From NCBI RefSeq assembly GCF_009914755.1, contig NC_060928.1: 64,000 nucleotides of DNA; one strand, 5' to 3'. A model generated the notes under the pieces. It saw nothing but the letters and a program-made list of their open reading frames with translations, ran no database searches and was not told the origin of the DNA. Shown piece after piece: positions 28,501 through 42,239 of this stretch (position 1 is the first letter of the stretch; each line of letters begins with the position of its first letter). The position numbers were made by a program, and so were the translations under genes. This DNA comes from the human T2T-CHM13v2.0 reference genome, Homo sapiens.

Positions 28501-30230
28501 TTGTAGATCTCTAAGAACTTGCTTTACGAATCTGGGTGCACCTGTATTGGGTGCATATATATTTAGGATAGTTAGCTCTTCTTGTTGCATTGATCCCTTT
28601 ACCATGATGTAATGCCCTTCTTTGTATTTTTTGATCTTTATTGGTTTAAAGTCTGTTTTATCAGAGACTAGGATTGCAACCCCTGCTTTTGCTGCTTTCC
28701 ATTTGCTTGGTAAATATTCCTCCATCCTTTTATTTTGAGCCTATATGTTTCTTTGCAAGTGAGATGGCTCTCCTGAATACAGCACACCGATGGGTCTTGA
28801 CTCTTTATCCAATTTGGCAGTCTGTGTCTTTTAATTGGGACATCTAGCCTGATTACATTTAAGGTTAACATTGTTATACGTGAATTTGATCCTGTCATTA
28901 TGATGCTAGCTGGTTATTTTGCCCGTTAGTTGATGCAGTTTCTTCATAGTGTCAATGGTCTTTACAATTTGGTATGTTTTTGCAGTGGCCGGTACTGGTT
29001 TTTCCTTTCCATATTTAGTGCTTCCTTCAGGAGCTCTTGTAAGCCAGGCCTGGTGGTGAAAAAATCTCTCAGCATTTGCTTGTCCATAAAGGATTTTATT
29101 TCTCCTTCGCTTATGAAGCTTAGTTTGGCTGAATATGAAATTCTGAATTGAAAATTCTTTTCTTTAAGAATGTTGAATATTGGCCCCCACTCTTTTCTGG
29201 CTTGTAGGGTTTCTGCAGAGATCTGCTGTTAGTCTGATGGGCTTCCCTTTATGGGTAACCTGACCTTTCTCTCTTGCTGCCCTTAACATTTTTTCCTTCA
29301 TTTCAACCTTGGTGAATCTGACAATTATGTGTCTTGGGGTTGTTCTTCTCTAGGAGTATCTTTGTGGTGTTCTCTGTATTTCCTGAATTTTAATGTTGGC
29401 CTGTCTTGCTAGGTTGGGTATGTTTTCCTGGATAATATCCTGAAGAGTGTTTTCCAACTTGGTTTCATTCTCCTGGTCACTTTCGGGTACACCAATCAAA
29501 GGTAGGTTTGGTCTCTTCACGTAGTCCCATAGTTCTTGGAGGGTTTGTTTTTTCCTTTTCCTCTATTCTTGTCCTCTCACCTTATTTTATTAAGTTGATC
29601 TTCAATCTCTGATACCCTTTTTTCTGCTTGAATAATTCGGCTATTGATACTTGTGTATGCTTCACGAAGTTCTTGTGCTGTGTTTTTCAGCTCCATCCGG
29701 TCATTTATGTTCTTCTCTAAAGTGGTTATTCTAGTTAGCAATTCCTCTAACCTTTTCTCAAGGTTCTTAGCTTCCTTGCATTGAGTTAGAACATGCTCCT
29801 TTAGCTCAGAGGAGTTTGTTATTACACACCTTCTGAAGTCTTCTTCTGTCGATTCATCAAACTCATTCTCCATCCAGTTTTGTTCCCTTGCTGGCGAGGA
29901 GTTGTGATCCTTTGGAGAAGAAGAGGTGTTGCGGTTTTTGTAATTTTCAGCCTTTTTGCACGCATTTTTCCTCAAGTTCATGGATTTATCTGCCTTTGGT
30001 CTTTGATGCTGGTGTCCTTCAGATGCGTGTTTTGTGTGGGGTTTTTCATTGATGTTGATGGTATTCCTTTCTGTTTGTTAGTTTTCCTTCTAACAGTCAG
30101 GGCCCTGTGCTGCAGGTCTCCTGGAGTTTGCTGGAGGTCCACTCAGACCCTGTTTGCCTGAGTAGCACTAGCGGAGGCTGCAGAACTGCAAAGATTGCTG
30201 CCTGTTGAAGGTGCCCCAGAGGGCACTCAA
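25523..30230 (-). mobile_element. LINE-1 (L1PA7-like) with two ORF2 deletions and truncated 5'UTR
   Basis: L1PA7-type 3'UTR, ORF2 start MTGSNSRIT at 28898, ORF1 fragments; deletions at ~26660 and ~27140 by comparison with the 7.2-13.4 kb copy. Confidence 0.92.
28238..28420 (+). mobile_element. L1PA6-like 3' end fragment inserted antisense into the L1PA7-like element
   Basis: AACATCACACACT...GGGGAGGGATA...GAACTTAAAGTATAATAACAAAAAAA; no TSD. Confidence 0.9.
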
Positions 30231-32144
30231 TGATACAGGGCGGAGATGCAAAAATCAATTGTGTATCTACATATTAGCAATGAACATGTGGATACTAAAA
30301 TTAGAAACGTAATACAATTCATAACGGCTCAAAATATACTAAGATATAAATCTAACAAAACATGTACAGCACTTGTATGTTGAAAGCTACAAAATGTTGA
30401 TAAAAGAGAGCTAAAACAAGATCTAAATAGAGAGGTATACCATATTCATGCATTGTATGATTAAACATAGAAAAATGTCTTTTCTCTCCAAATTGATGTC
30501 CAGATTTAACTTAATTCATATCAAAATCCAAGCAAGTTATTTTGTAGATATAGGCAAGATTATTTTTTGGCAAGATTACTCAAGATCTGTAACAGGTAAA
30601 ACGTCTTGAAAAGAATAATAAATTGCAAGACATCAATATACCTAATTTTGAGACATTATTATTTGACTACAGTTAATGCAGATTGTGTGGTATTGAGAAA
30701 AGGGTAAGTTCCTAGATTGACAGAATAAAATAGGGGACCCAGAAATGGATTCACACATATAAGCCAAACTGATATTTGCAAAGTGTAGAAATAATTCCTT
30801 GAAGGAAAGGCATAGATTTTTCAACACGTGATGGAAGAACAAGTGGACCTACATAGGAAAAATAAGAAAATGAACCTCAGACAGTCTTAATACATTACAC
30901 AAAAATTACTTCAAAACGGATCATTGTCTTAAATGTAAAACTAAGAGTATAGTATAAAAGTATATTTTTTAGAAAATATAGGAAAAAATCTTTAGGATGC
31001 ATGACTAGGCAAGGGTTCTTAGACTTGACACAAGAACTACTGTATATAAAAGGAAAAATTGATTATTTGGACTTCATTAAAATTAAAAACTCTTTTCCTG
31101 CAAAAGACCCTATTAAAAGGATGAGAGGATGAAAAGAGAAGTTAAAGACTGGATAAAAATATTTGCAACCACCTGTCTAACAAGCCACTATTATCTAGAG
31201 TATATAAACCCTCAAAATATTAGTAAAAAGCAAACACTCCAATTAGGACATGTCAAAAGACATGAAAGGACATTTCACTGAAGAGGGTACACAGATGATA
31301 AATATATGAAAGCCATTTAACATTATTAGCCATTTGGGAAATACACATAAAAATCGCAATGAGATTTCACTACACATTCGTTACAATGGCTAAAAGAAAA
31401 AAATAGTGACAACACCAAACATTATCAAGGATGCAGAGAAACTGGGTCACTCATTCATTGATGGTGGGAGTAGGAAATGATACAACCACGTTGGAGAATG
31501 TCATGGTAGTTTCTTTTAATAAATATATTTTTAATACTAATCTTGTAACTACCATACAGCTCAGCAATTTCACTCCTGAGCATTTAATTCAAATAAAATT
31601 TACATTCACACAAATAGCTGTACATGAATATTTACAGTAGCTATATTTCCAATAGCCCAAACTGGAAACAACTCAGATTAATTCAAAGGGTGAATGGTTA
31701 AATAAACTATGGTATATCATACCATGTTATATTACTAAACAATAAAGTGGAATGAATAATTGATTTATGCAAACAACCTGCATGAATCTCTAGCAAATTA
31801 TGTTGAGTCAAAAAAGCCATTCCAAAAATATTACATAATGATTCCCTGTATATAGCATTCTTGGAATTGTACAATTATAAAATGGAGAACACGTTACTGA
31901 TTGCCAAGAGTTGAGGGAGGGGTGGAGGCAAGAGGGAATTGAGTGTAGATATAACAGGGTAAATAAGGGATTCCTGTGATGAAAATATTATGTATCTTGA
32001 TCGCATTCTGTCAATATCCTGGTTGTGATATTGTACTATAGATTTGCAAGAGGTCGCCATTGGGGATATCTAGATGTATTAAATCTGTTGGACAGGTGGG
32101 CAGGCTAAAATCTCAGGTATGAGATGCTGTAGTCGAGCAATTTT

Positions 32145-32300
32145 GTAAGTGCTTTACATGTATTTAGTTAGTTTTCTCACAACACTTCTTGGTAGATTCT
32201 ATCATTACTCACATTTTGGAAAATATAACTGAGTTAGAAATTGGCTATATTACTTGCTCATGATACAAAAGCCACGATTTTCCAAAATAAGATTTAAATC
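32145..32300 (-). mobile_element. MIR fragment
   Basis: AAGTGCTTTACATGTATT...CTCACAAC...CACATTTT...AACTGAG pattern. Confidence 0.5.
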
Positions 32301-32685
32301 TCTAGGATCTGAATTTTTAAACACAGTGTCGCACTCTCATTTACGCACTTGTTTAGATATTTTATTCCTAACTCACTCTAAAATTATTTTTATTACCCCA
32401 TTTGTAGTTAATGATATGGCAGATACATTTGATTTTAATTCTGTCAGCATATTTTATATTTCTTTTTGTTATTGCTTTGTTATTTTTAAATTATTCATTA
32501 CATAGTCTATATTCCATTGTTTGGCTTATTTATAACTTGTTACTGTGTTTGTTTGGAAAATGTAGAAAAAGACACAAATTTAGGAACTGACAACAATGAC
32601 GCAAGAAAAATCGATTTATATATATATATGGTTGTTATATAAAACATGTGGTTCTCTTTCCATTTTCATGGCTTAAAAGTCAGTT

Positions 32686-32966
32686 GGTTGGGCGCAGTGG
32701 CTCACGCCTGTAATCCCAGCACTTTGGGAGTGGATCACTTGAGGTCAGGAGTTTGAGACCAGCCTAGCCAACATGGTGAAACCCTACCTCTACTAAAAAT
32801 ACAAAAATTAGCCAGGCGTGGTGGCACACACTTGTCATCTCAGTTACTCTGGAGGCTGAGGCAGGAGAATTGCTTGAGCGGGGAGGCAGAGGTTGTAGTG
32901 AGCTGAGGTCACGCCACTGCAGTCTACCCTGCGTGACAGAGCAAGACTCCATCACCCCACAAAAGA
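32686..32966 (+). mobile_element. Alu (AluSz/Sx-like, ~12-bp deletion in left arm)
   Basis: Full dimer; TTTGGGAG joined directly to TGGATCACTTGAGG. Confidence 0.93.
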
Positions 32967-33567
32967 AGTTAATTAACTGGTTCTTTTCATTCTATTACAG
33001 CAAAAAAGATTCAGAACCCCAAGACAAAGACATAATTGAAAAAATAAATACTTTCAACATAATCCCTGACTTTTACTTCAGAAACTATAAGTACTAATCA
33101 GATGTTACCAGCGTTCATTTCTTAACTTTTATTGCTGATATATGTGTTGCAAGCATCCATTATTTCTCAAGCCAGAGAGTAAGATGTAAAATTATGCAGT
33201 ATATGCGTGCTGTCCATATTACCCTTGTTCCTACTTATAAACATGATCTCTTTGAAATAAAGCAAACAAGTACTTATGGTTCCATACTCTAGGAACATCA
33301 GTACTTTTCATTATGTTAACTCTTATACAATAAAATTTACTGTTTACCTGGAGCTATAGTTATTGTAATATCATATGTTTTAGGTTGTTTTAAAAAATAG
33401 AGAGTAAATCATTTCTGAAGAAAAATAAAACATATTAATGAGTTTTAGATGCCTGGGATTATTATTTTAATATCATAATGGAAGAAAATCTTAGAATGAA
33501 TTTTCTCAGGGAATGTAAATCTTTTTCAAAGAAGGATAGATCAGGAATTATGTTAAGAGTTAGCATT

Positions 33568-33873
<306 letters not shown>

Positions 33874-34966
33874 TCATCAATGGAGTGGATTATTTGTTTT
33901 TCAAAATAAACATATAATCATCATTGTCCTTAAATACCATTAAAAAAATTCTTTCTAATTTGCTTAAGGAATCCAAACATCGATTGTTCATATATTGTGA
34001 TAGTGCTATGTTATCAAAAATGTAAACTTCTAAACATCAATTTTCACAAAAGCACTTTCACATTTTGCATTCTAATAACCATGATCATACATAATATGCT
34101 TTGACTGCCTCCTATATACAGAAGAGAGTCATAGGTTCTATAGAGAAAAGAGGAAAAATTAACATAACATTTTTCCCTTGTTCTCAGGATGCTTAAAATA
34201 TTGATTCCATACAATACTAATAGATGTTAAAATAATGAAGAAAAACACAATGAAAATATTTTTGTTTATGTGAGTTTTTCAATATGTATGCATCTTTATC
34301 AAAAACTAGCATATATATTTATGGATTTATTTATAAAACCTATATATGTACAACTGTATTAACATATGTATGTCATAAAAGATGTTCAACTTATAAATTA
34401 AAAATATAAAAATATAACACATTAATTATAAAATATTTATATTTAGCTTTATTAAATCATTTTATGAGGTAGATCCTTATTGAATATAATTTTTCTGATT
34501 ATTTTGAATTTTCAGGCTGAATTTCAGCTAGACTTGATGATTTTTTGTTGATCTTTTCAGATCTCATTTAGTAAGTATGACTAAAGAGGAGTACATGAAG
34601 CATATCTCCTCGTGGTTTGTTTTTGTATTTCTTCTTATCTTCAATATCACGTGTTTAAACTACATATTTATAGCAATGCATTTCAATGTACTGAAATAAA
34701 ATAAGAATTCAAAGGGTCCATTTCCAACTTCTGCATATGATAGAGTTCTTATTCATTTCTTAAGATGGATTGTGTACCACTTAAGATGCACAGTAATTGA
34801 ATGTCAGATATGCAGAAACTTTGACAGCAGAATAAAATATGCAAAAAATTTATTACTTTTAAATATTTTAATAGAAACATACATATAAATTAAATTTTAA
34901 TTTTTTGTGTACTCTAGTAAGTTACTTTTGTAACCACTGTGGCATAGAGTACCCATTATGGTGACT

Positions 34967-35075
34967 AATGGCATAGACTACAGATAAAATAGAAATAAAT
35001 AGAGAAAAGGTAGATAAAATGGCATAGACTGCAAATAAATTAGAAATAGAGAAAAAAGATAAATTCTGGCATAAT
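34967..35075. repeat. Imperfect 51-bp tandem repeat (~2 copies)
   Basis: AATGGCATAGACT at 34967 and 35018, each followed by similar A-rich sequence. Confidence 0.75.
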
Positions 35076-36399
35076 TGGGAAAATGATTGCAAAGAACAAG
35101 GTGGAAAAACTGGACACATATAGATTGGTATTATTTAAAAATAGTGATAAATACCTGAAGAATAGTAATAAGTATCACAGATATGAGTTAACAACATGCA
35201 AAAGAATGGTCTCAGTAAAGAAAGCTTCTTGTTGTCAAGATAAGTTATCAAGTTCAATAGTTTTTCACAGCAAAACTTACTTCTCACTCACAACAAAATT
35301 CTTTCCATGATCAGATGACTGTCCAATGTAGCTATCTTCCATGTAGTAACTCCACATTTACTGTCATTCAGGTGCAACCTCACAATTAAGACATACCATT
35401 ATGATAACTACTTTTAAATAAAAGAGCATAAACAACGAACCACTTCTGCTTAAATATATATTTCTGAAAATTATGCATAAAAAAGTTTGCTTATCTTCAA
35501 AGGGGCACAGGAGTATAAGAACCCATGTCTCTTAATGAGGAGAAAATCCAGATATATTAGTGAATGATAGTAATGTCTGAAGTTAAATATTCATATAAAT
35601 GACGGCAAATTCAGTTTTGGAGCTTTATAAAAAAAGGTTGAGAGTGAATAAAGATAGGATACCAGAAAACAATGAACAACAATGGAGGAAAGATCTAAAA
35701 TCCTTTTTGTTTGAATTATTTTATAATTAACTCGTATAATACTGAAATTTATTATTTATTTTAGAATTTCATATTTGCATGAAACAACAACCACAGTAAG
35801 TCATACGCAAAAAATCCCTTCATATTTATTAATGGCATTACTACTCATAAGCAGAAAGGGAACATACTGAAGACCATTATGTTAGATATTATTTGCTGCT
35901 CTTAGTCCTGAAGATGAACACTGATGATAAATCTTTATGAACTGTAGATGAATCCAATCTGGAATTTAAGAAAGTTTTAATATCTGTCCATTAAAATGAC
36001 AAATGGCTTAAAGAGATTCAATGTAACAAAAATGGCATTAGCTCACAGCTGAGAACATAGTACTAAGGAAAATAAGAAGATTCAACACCTACAGATATAT
36101 TTAACAGAAGACATTTCAACCTGGAGCATTTCTGAGAGCAAACTGTGCATCTAGACAGGACTGTTATTTGCTATGAGAAATATTATGCTTCAAGTAAATT
36201 GAAGAGCTCGTAAGCATTGTAGGAGTACATTACTTAGAAGCTGCACCTATTATTTGGTATCAGTACTAAAGGTTATGAAAATCTGACATGTTTATTTCAA
36301 TTTTCATTTAGAAATTTGCTCAATAGAAGCTATATCCTTTCTTGGAATTTTACAGCTTTCAAGGATCTGTTTCTAAAATAAATAAACACTGACCAAACT

Positions 36400-36696
36400 T
36401 CTTTATTTTTTTCTGAGATGGAGTCTCACTCTGTCATGCAGGCTGGAGTGTAGTAGTGCAATCTCTTCTCACTGCAACCTTTGCCTCCTGAGTTCAAGTG
36501 AATCCCATGGTTCAGCCTCCTGAGTGGCTGGGATTACAAGCATATGCCACCTTGTCCAGCTAATTTTTGTATTTTTACTGGAGACAAGTTTTCACCGTGT
36601 TGGCCAGACTGGTCTCGAACTCCTGACCTCAAGTGATCCACCAGCCTCGGCCTCTCAAAGTACTAGGGTTATAGGCGTAAGCCACCACACCTGGCC
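36400..36696 (-). mobile_element. Alu (AluSz-like)
   Basis: Antisense dimer with CTGACCTCAAGTGATCC. Confidence 0.93.
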
Positions 36697-37631
36697 TGAA
36701 CGAATATTTTTGAAATACACCTATACATTGTGTAATATAACAACTATAATCATATTAAACAGACACTTTTCCCCCAAATGGCTAAAAGTTACACAGACAA
36801 CCATACAGAAATTAAAATAAATATTAACTTATTAGAGCATTATCATCCCATATTTTTGTTGTTCTCTCAAAAGCTTTAATTATCTCATATATTTTGATTT
36901 AAATGATATTTAAATAGTAAAATAAATATAATGCCAAATGACTCTTTAGTATCTAATTGATGTATAGATTCAGATAATAAGTATTCAAAGCAGTCAAGTT
37001 GGTTGGTTTGAATTTGAAGTATGTTACTATGGAAAGTGTTAACACTGGGACTTAGTAACTCAGGCTAGCTGGCAGAGTGATTTCTGGTCTAAGCATGTTT
37101 ATTTCTACATTCCTTTTTGGCTACTTGTAGATGAATGATTCTCCAATTGAGAATTAATTTTAAAACAGGGAATTAGTGAATGTAGACAAATAAGTGAAGA
37201 AAAATTATAAAAAAAGCAGAAGTGAAGAATTTTGAATTGAAACTTTAGAATAGTTGAAGACTCTGAGGGAAAGGTCACTGATATCAGAAGGAATGGATGG
37301 TGAAAAGATTTATTTTAGGTGTGGCTGAAGGTGACCCACACATTGGTGCAGTCTTTATATCTGAAACTTAGTGGAATCTAGAAGGCAAAAGCTAGTTATA
37401 AAGTATGATATATATCCAGTACATAGAATAATATACCAAAAGAAAATATTAGTACAAACATCAGCTGAAATAAAATGAAATAAATTTTAAAATATTTCCT
37501 TTCTTTTTTTAAGTGAAACTTAGATTAATATATTTACATAATTTACAATCTTTAAGCAATTGTCACATAAATATAGACTGCAACTTTATATTCCTGGAAG
37601 AAACATTTCTCATGAATCCATTCAAGTCTCA

Positions 37632-38158
37632 GTGCAGTGGCCATAAATGTGTGCACTCAGATCTCCGTCAAGAGAACTTGTTGTGGGGTGCATAATGACT
37701 ACAGCTCTGGGTTTTGACCCTTTGGACTCATGATTGCAACTCCATTCATCATTGCAACTGCACCATGGTAACAACTTTCTCAGGCTGCTTCTGGACTATG
37801 AATGGACATGAAGGGACACTCTTGCTGGTCTATTTCTACCAGTCTCACAATTACTCCAGTTGGCAGCCTTTGCTAGTGGACATATCATCAGCCTGTTAAA
37901 AACTTCCTCAAGAAAAACAAAAACAAAAAACAAAAACAAAACAGCAACCAAAAAAAGCCCTGCAATCTAAAACTGCTCCTACCCAAACCACCGTTCTTAT
38001 GCTCCCTCACAGTTGTGAGAATTGTGTTATTGTCTAAATGCTTTTCCTAATTCCTCTTGCTCCCTTCCAATACGTGTTTCACCAGAATTTCCTCCAATAA
38101 ATCTCTTGCATGTCTGATTCCACGTTAACATCTGCTTCTTGGAGGACCCCAAATGCAT
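37632..38158 (+). mobile_element. LTR16-family LTR (ERVL)
   Basis: TGCAGTGGCCATAAATGTG...CTCAGATCTCC start; CCAATAAATCTCTTGCATGTCT...CATCTGCTTCTTGGAGGACCC end. Confidence 0.75.
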
Positions 38159-39015
38159 AATTGGTACTGAGTAGGGGTTCCAAAAAAACAGCAGTAAGTT
38201 GGAGTTTTGGAAGTAACTCACTCATCATTCAGCTGAAAGGACTGTCTTGGAATATGAGGCATAGTTAGTCCCTGGCATGAGATGGCAGCCACAATGCTGA
38301 AGATTTCACCAGTGTTGGCCTGGGAAAACATCCACGAAGGAAAATGTTCTTGCTGATATAGTGAGGCAGACATTTAAAAGATATTCAGGAAACAGTACTT
38401 ACAAAGACATCAAAGTTGGCTGATTATTACTAAGTGAAATTGACACTAAAGAAGGATAATGACTAACTGAGGGCAGTTAAATAGTTAAGGCTAGGGGAGG
38501 CAGAAGGAATCATTGATAGATTGCAAAGAGACTGATATCCTGCAATGGATATCAGAGCTTATTAGCAGATATAGGAGTTAATAGAATTGAAGAGCTCCAG
38601 ATGTGTTACATGCTGAGTTAATGTAGTTATATTATGTTAACTAAGGTCAGAGCCCTGTTGGGAAAAACTGGCACCCTAAAATATGAGATAAGAATATCAA
38701 GATAGATAAAAAATTTGGCTCTGTAGGCTGCATGAATACTCAGCAGTTACAGGAGTGGCCTATTTCTTTCATATAATAAAAGACACTGTCAAGCTTTCTC
38801 ATTTATAATGCGAATAGGTGCCCCTCAACTGGGAGCAAGACCATGACATTTGCAGCTGTTATTTTATATCTTTTGAGAGACAGCTCCTGGTGTGCAAGTG
38901 GAGTTTTGTGGATAAGCAACACTTAACTCTGGCACCACGTAACCATGACTCCAGAACTGCTCATTGCAAACTGAATCTGTTATATCCAAGTCAGAAAGTC
39001 TGGGGGGCCTTCTGT
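38159..39015 (+). mobile_element. ERV3-16A3-like internal sequence (degraded gag-like region)
   Basis: TTGGTAC PBS-like start directly after the LTR; AAGGTCAGAGCCCTGTTGGGAAAAACTGGCACCCTAAAATATG and GAAGGATAATGACTAACTGAGGGCAGTTAA motifs typical of ERVL gag. Confidence 0.7.
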
Positions 39016-40692
39016 AATGTCTGAAAAGCTTATTATTACTAGCATTATGATAAACTATGAAGACATATTTATTGTTCAGAGATGCATAACAGCATAAAAA
39101 GATGAAACATGTTTTTAATATTTTATAAAATAGTTCAACAAAATCAGAGAGGAAGTAAATATGATAAATTCAAACAATTATTAAATGTGAAATATAATTG
39201 TTGGACATTTTTCAAAGGCAGAAAGTCAGAAAAGTATTGCATTACTAGTATGTAATCATTATATAAAAGTGGGAGCATAAATATTAAATAATTAGCACTT
39301 AGAATATATTGATCAGCAAATATCTTAGAAATACTGCCTAGAGGCTGATCCCTGTCTATATATTATAGGCATTGATATTTTACAATATAAATAAAATATA
39401 TACACTCTAATGATAAAGTGTATATTAGAGATGGTTTACTTCAAATATATGCAAACATATGAAGCCATGGAGTCTCATTTGTGGCCATATGTTTATTATA
39501 TTTTTATAATAACAAATGTGATTAATGTTTCTAGAGTCTGTGCAATATAGGAATGCGAAATAATTTGAATAAATTACCTAGATCCATTACTTTGACTTCT
39601 GTGGGTTTTACCAGTCGTCATCAACATATTAGAGTGTCTTAAGCCTAAATGTCTGAAAATATTTATCTTAATGTGTTTTAACATTAAAATAATCTGTGTT
39701 TAATGGCAAGGCAGCCCATATTAATATAACTCTCTTGACTTATATGCAATTAGGATATATCTGCAATAGAAACTACTAAATAAACCAAAATTCTTTAATG
39801 TGACATTGATTTTAATATCTCAGCTTAATGAAAACTTTTTAAAGTTTAGAAAATTACATAATTAATTTAAAATGTTTAACTCTAATAGCTTCTGAATCTA
39901 TGAGATATTTCAGGATGCTATAATAAAACTGTTATTTAGAAATGTAAATGAAAAGCAAGAAGGCATCAAGTGTCACCTATTTTGTTGTAAAAAGCATTCT
40001 AGAGCCCAGGCAGGGCCATAATCCAGTATACATTACAGAGAAACCATGAACAATCTACCTACTGCACTTATTCAAACTACAGGCTAACACTAATTACTGG
40101 ATAGGTTTATTCTCATCTCCAATTTAATCATGCATTAGGAGAAGAATTTCAGAGCCAGAGAGCAGTTTGTACTCTATACACACATATGTATTTTCCATGT
40201 ATTTAGTTTTCAAAAATCTATCTCATGTCAGGCACTATGATGATTTCTTGATAAAAAGACGTGAATGAATCCAAAAGAAACATTCCATAGGAAAATGACA
40301 GAAAAAGAAAATGAAACATTGAAAGTCTAACATTATTTTTAAAAATCCTATTATGATCATTGGATATGGAGATGTGATATTTCCTTTTGTTTTCTTAATA
40401 GGTGTTATATACTCTGCATGTGTTAGGGTAAGATATAAGTAATACAATTATATATTTGTTAATCCTCATAAATCTAAATGGAATTAAAAATATTAAGTAC
40501 ATATATATGTTTTAGGTTGAGAAAATCCTTTACAACTTTCATGGAAGAAAGTACGAAAATCAGTTTGGCAGAAGTCAAACTTTGGATGCTTTTCCTGGTT
40601 TTCTAGCCACAAATCCTGGTCTATATATGTTTTATAACTTATCTGAATCTTGTTCCTCAGACTTTATTTCAGTCTACCTCTTTATTGTTATC

Positions 40693-40875
40693 ATCACCTA
40701 TTTCAAATACAATACGTAAATTCTTTTTTTTCTTAGACCTACAGTCAGCGGCAAAACAAAATACACACACACACACACACACCCTACTGCTTTATCACTT
40801 ATTTCAAATACAATATATGAATACTTTTTTTTCTTAGACCTACATAGTCGGTGAAATAACAAAATACACGCCCCC
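40693..40875. repeat. 101-bp-period tandem duplication; (CA)n in the first copy only
   Basis: ATCAC(C/T)TATTTCAAATACAATA at 40693 and 40794; TTCTTAGACCTACA in both copies. Confidence 0.9.
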
Positions 40876-41699
40876 TGACATGTATATGTATACTAAACAA
40901 AGAAAAAAAACAAGCAAATAAAAAACCCACAATATTTGAGAAAGACAGAGAAAAGAATGCATATATTGAAAAAGTACATTGCAGGAAAAAGAAAAGCATA
41001 AAAAGTTATTAACCGTCATGGCAAAATAGATACATATGAAAAACAAGTCAATAGATCATAGATTTGAAGGGGAGATTTGGGTACACATATTTGACAATTC
41101 ATTTTACAGATGATGAGACTGTGATTTTGGTGTTTTTCCTGAGCTATTTATACAGCTATTTGGTGGTAGACTTGGAGTTCTAGTGATAATCTTTTAGTGT
41201 AAATATTTTTGATATTTTTCCTTTAGATCAAGTAGGACCTAGTTTATAATTTCTTATTTGAGACATTATAATATAAAAGTATCTTATCCTTTAAACTGGT
41301 GGTTTTAGACAATTATAGAAACTTATAATATTGAGGAAACAAGATTTTTTTATTCTTCTTCACTTGATAGGCTAGGGAAAATTTTAGGGTTACGTGACTC
41401 AAAAATCTGAGTCACTTTGGAATTAAAGCACATTTTGAAAAAAGAATGTGAGATTCTCTGAATTCACTAGGTTCTAATCAGGTTAGACTAGCAACTAATA
41501 GATCACAATTTATTTGTTACAAATTCTATTAACAAGTAATAATACCAGTTATAATAAAGAAGAAAACATCATCAACCAATAATGGTGTCTATATGCATTG
41601 TATATCCATTATGAAGCACTATGAACTGTAAACCTTATGCCTTGAGCTATGATAAATCAGTTTTACATCTCATAAAAGCACTCTGATAGTCAATTTAAA

Positions 41700-42120
41700 A
41701 GAGGAAAACAAATTCCAGATAACTGATCAGTAGGCTTCTGGAATAACATAGGAAAGGAATGGAATAAACCTGAGCTAAGGCAATAATAGCAGTGGGAATG
41801 AAAAAAATTTGGTTTAATATAGAAATAATATAGATTTGAGTGCCGATATAGAAATGGAATACTTAGAACTAGTGCTGAGGAGAGAGTCCCAAAAGTTGCA
41901 GATCTGTGAATGATACACATGGATACAGAAGTATATGGGGGTGGACAAGATTTCCTAGGGGTAAGCAAAAAGACTGAAGACAAAAATAGGCAATAGATTA
42001 GAGGGGAAAAAAAAGACAAAGAGAGAGGAGGAAAATCAGGATGTTGTATCACAGAAACCAGCAGAATAAAGAAATATAAAAAGATGGATGTGTAAGAAGG
42101 AAGGAGATGCCAGTTGTCAA
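41700..42120 (-). mobile_element. Degraded L2 fragment
   Basis: Purine-rich GGCAATAATAGCAGTGGGAATGA...TAGATTTGAG...CAGAAACCAGCAGAA pattern typical of antisense L2. Confidence 0.45.
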
Positions 42121-42239
42121 CTTTTGTTAACACTACGCCATCTGAGGCACTGTCCTTCCAGCCGACCACCTTCTGCTACTAGAGTATGCCATAAAATCCT
42201 CCAACTTAAAATACCTCAATATCTTAGTCCATACAACAC

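Larger units (their letters stand above)
22200..32070 (+). mobile_element. Old L1MD-like element (ORF1-ORF2-3'UTR) split by younger insertions
   Basis: A-rich degenerate ORF1/ORF2 at 22200-25450 and 30232-31600; L1MD-type 3'UTR CAATATCCTGGTTGTGATATTGTACTATAG near 32010-32040. Confidence 0.75.

Noticed and set aside
35200-35560. Possible old MLT1 LTR remnant
   Set aside because: Similarity too weak to call by eye.
35773-35790. OCT4-SOX2 composite element
   Set aside because: The octamer is perfect but the adjacent ACAA is mis-spaced and lacks the SOX consensus.
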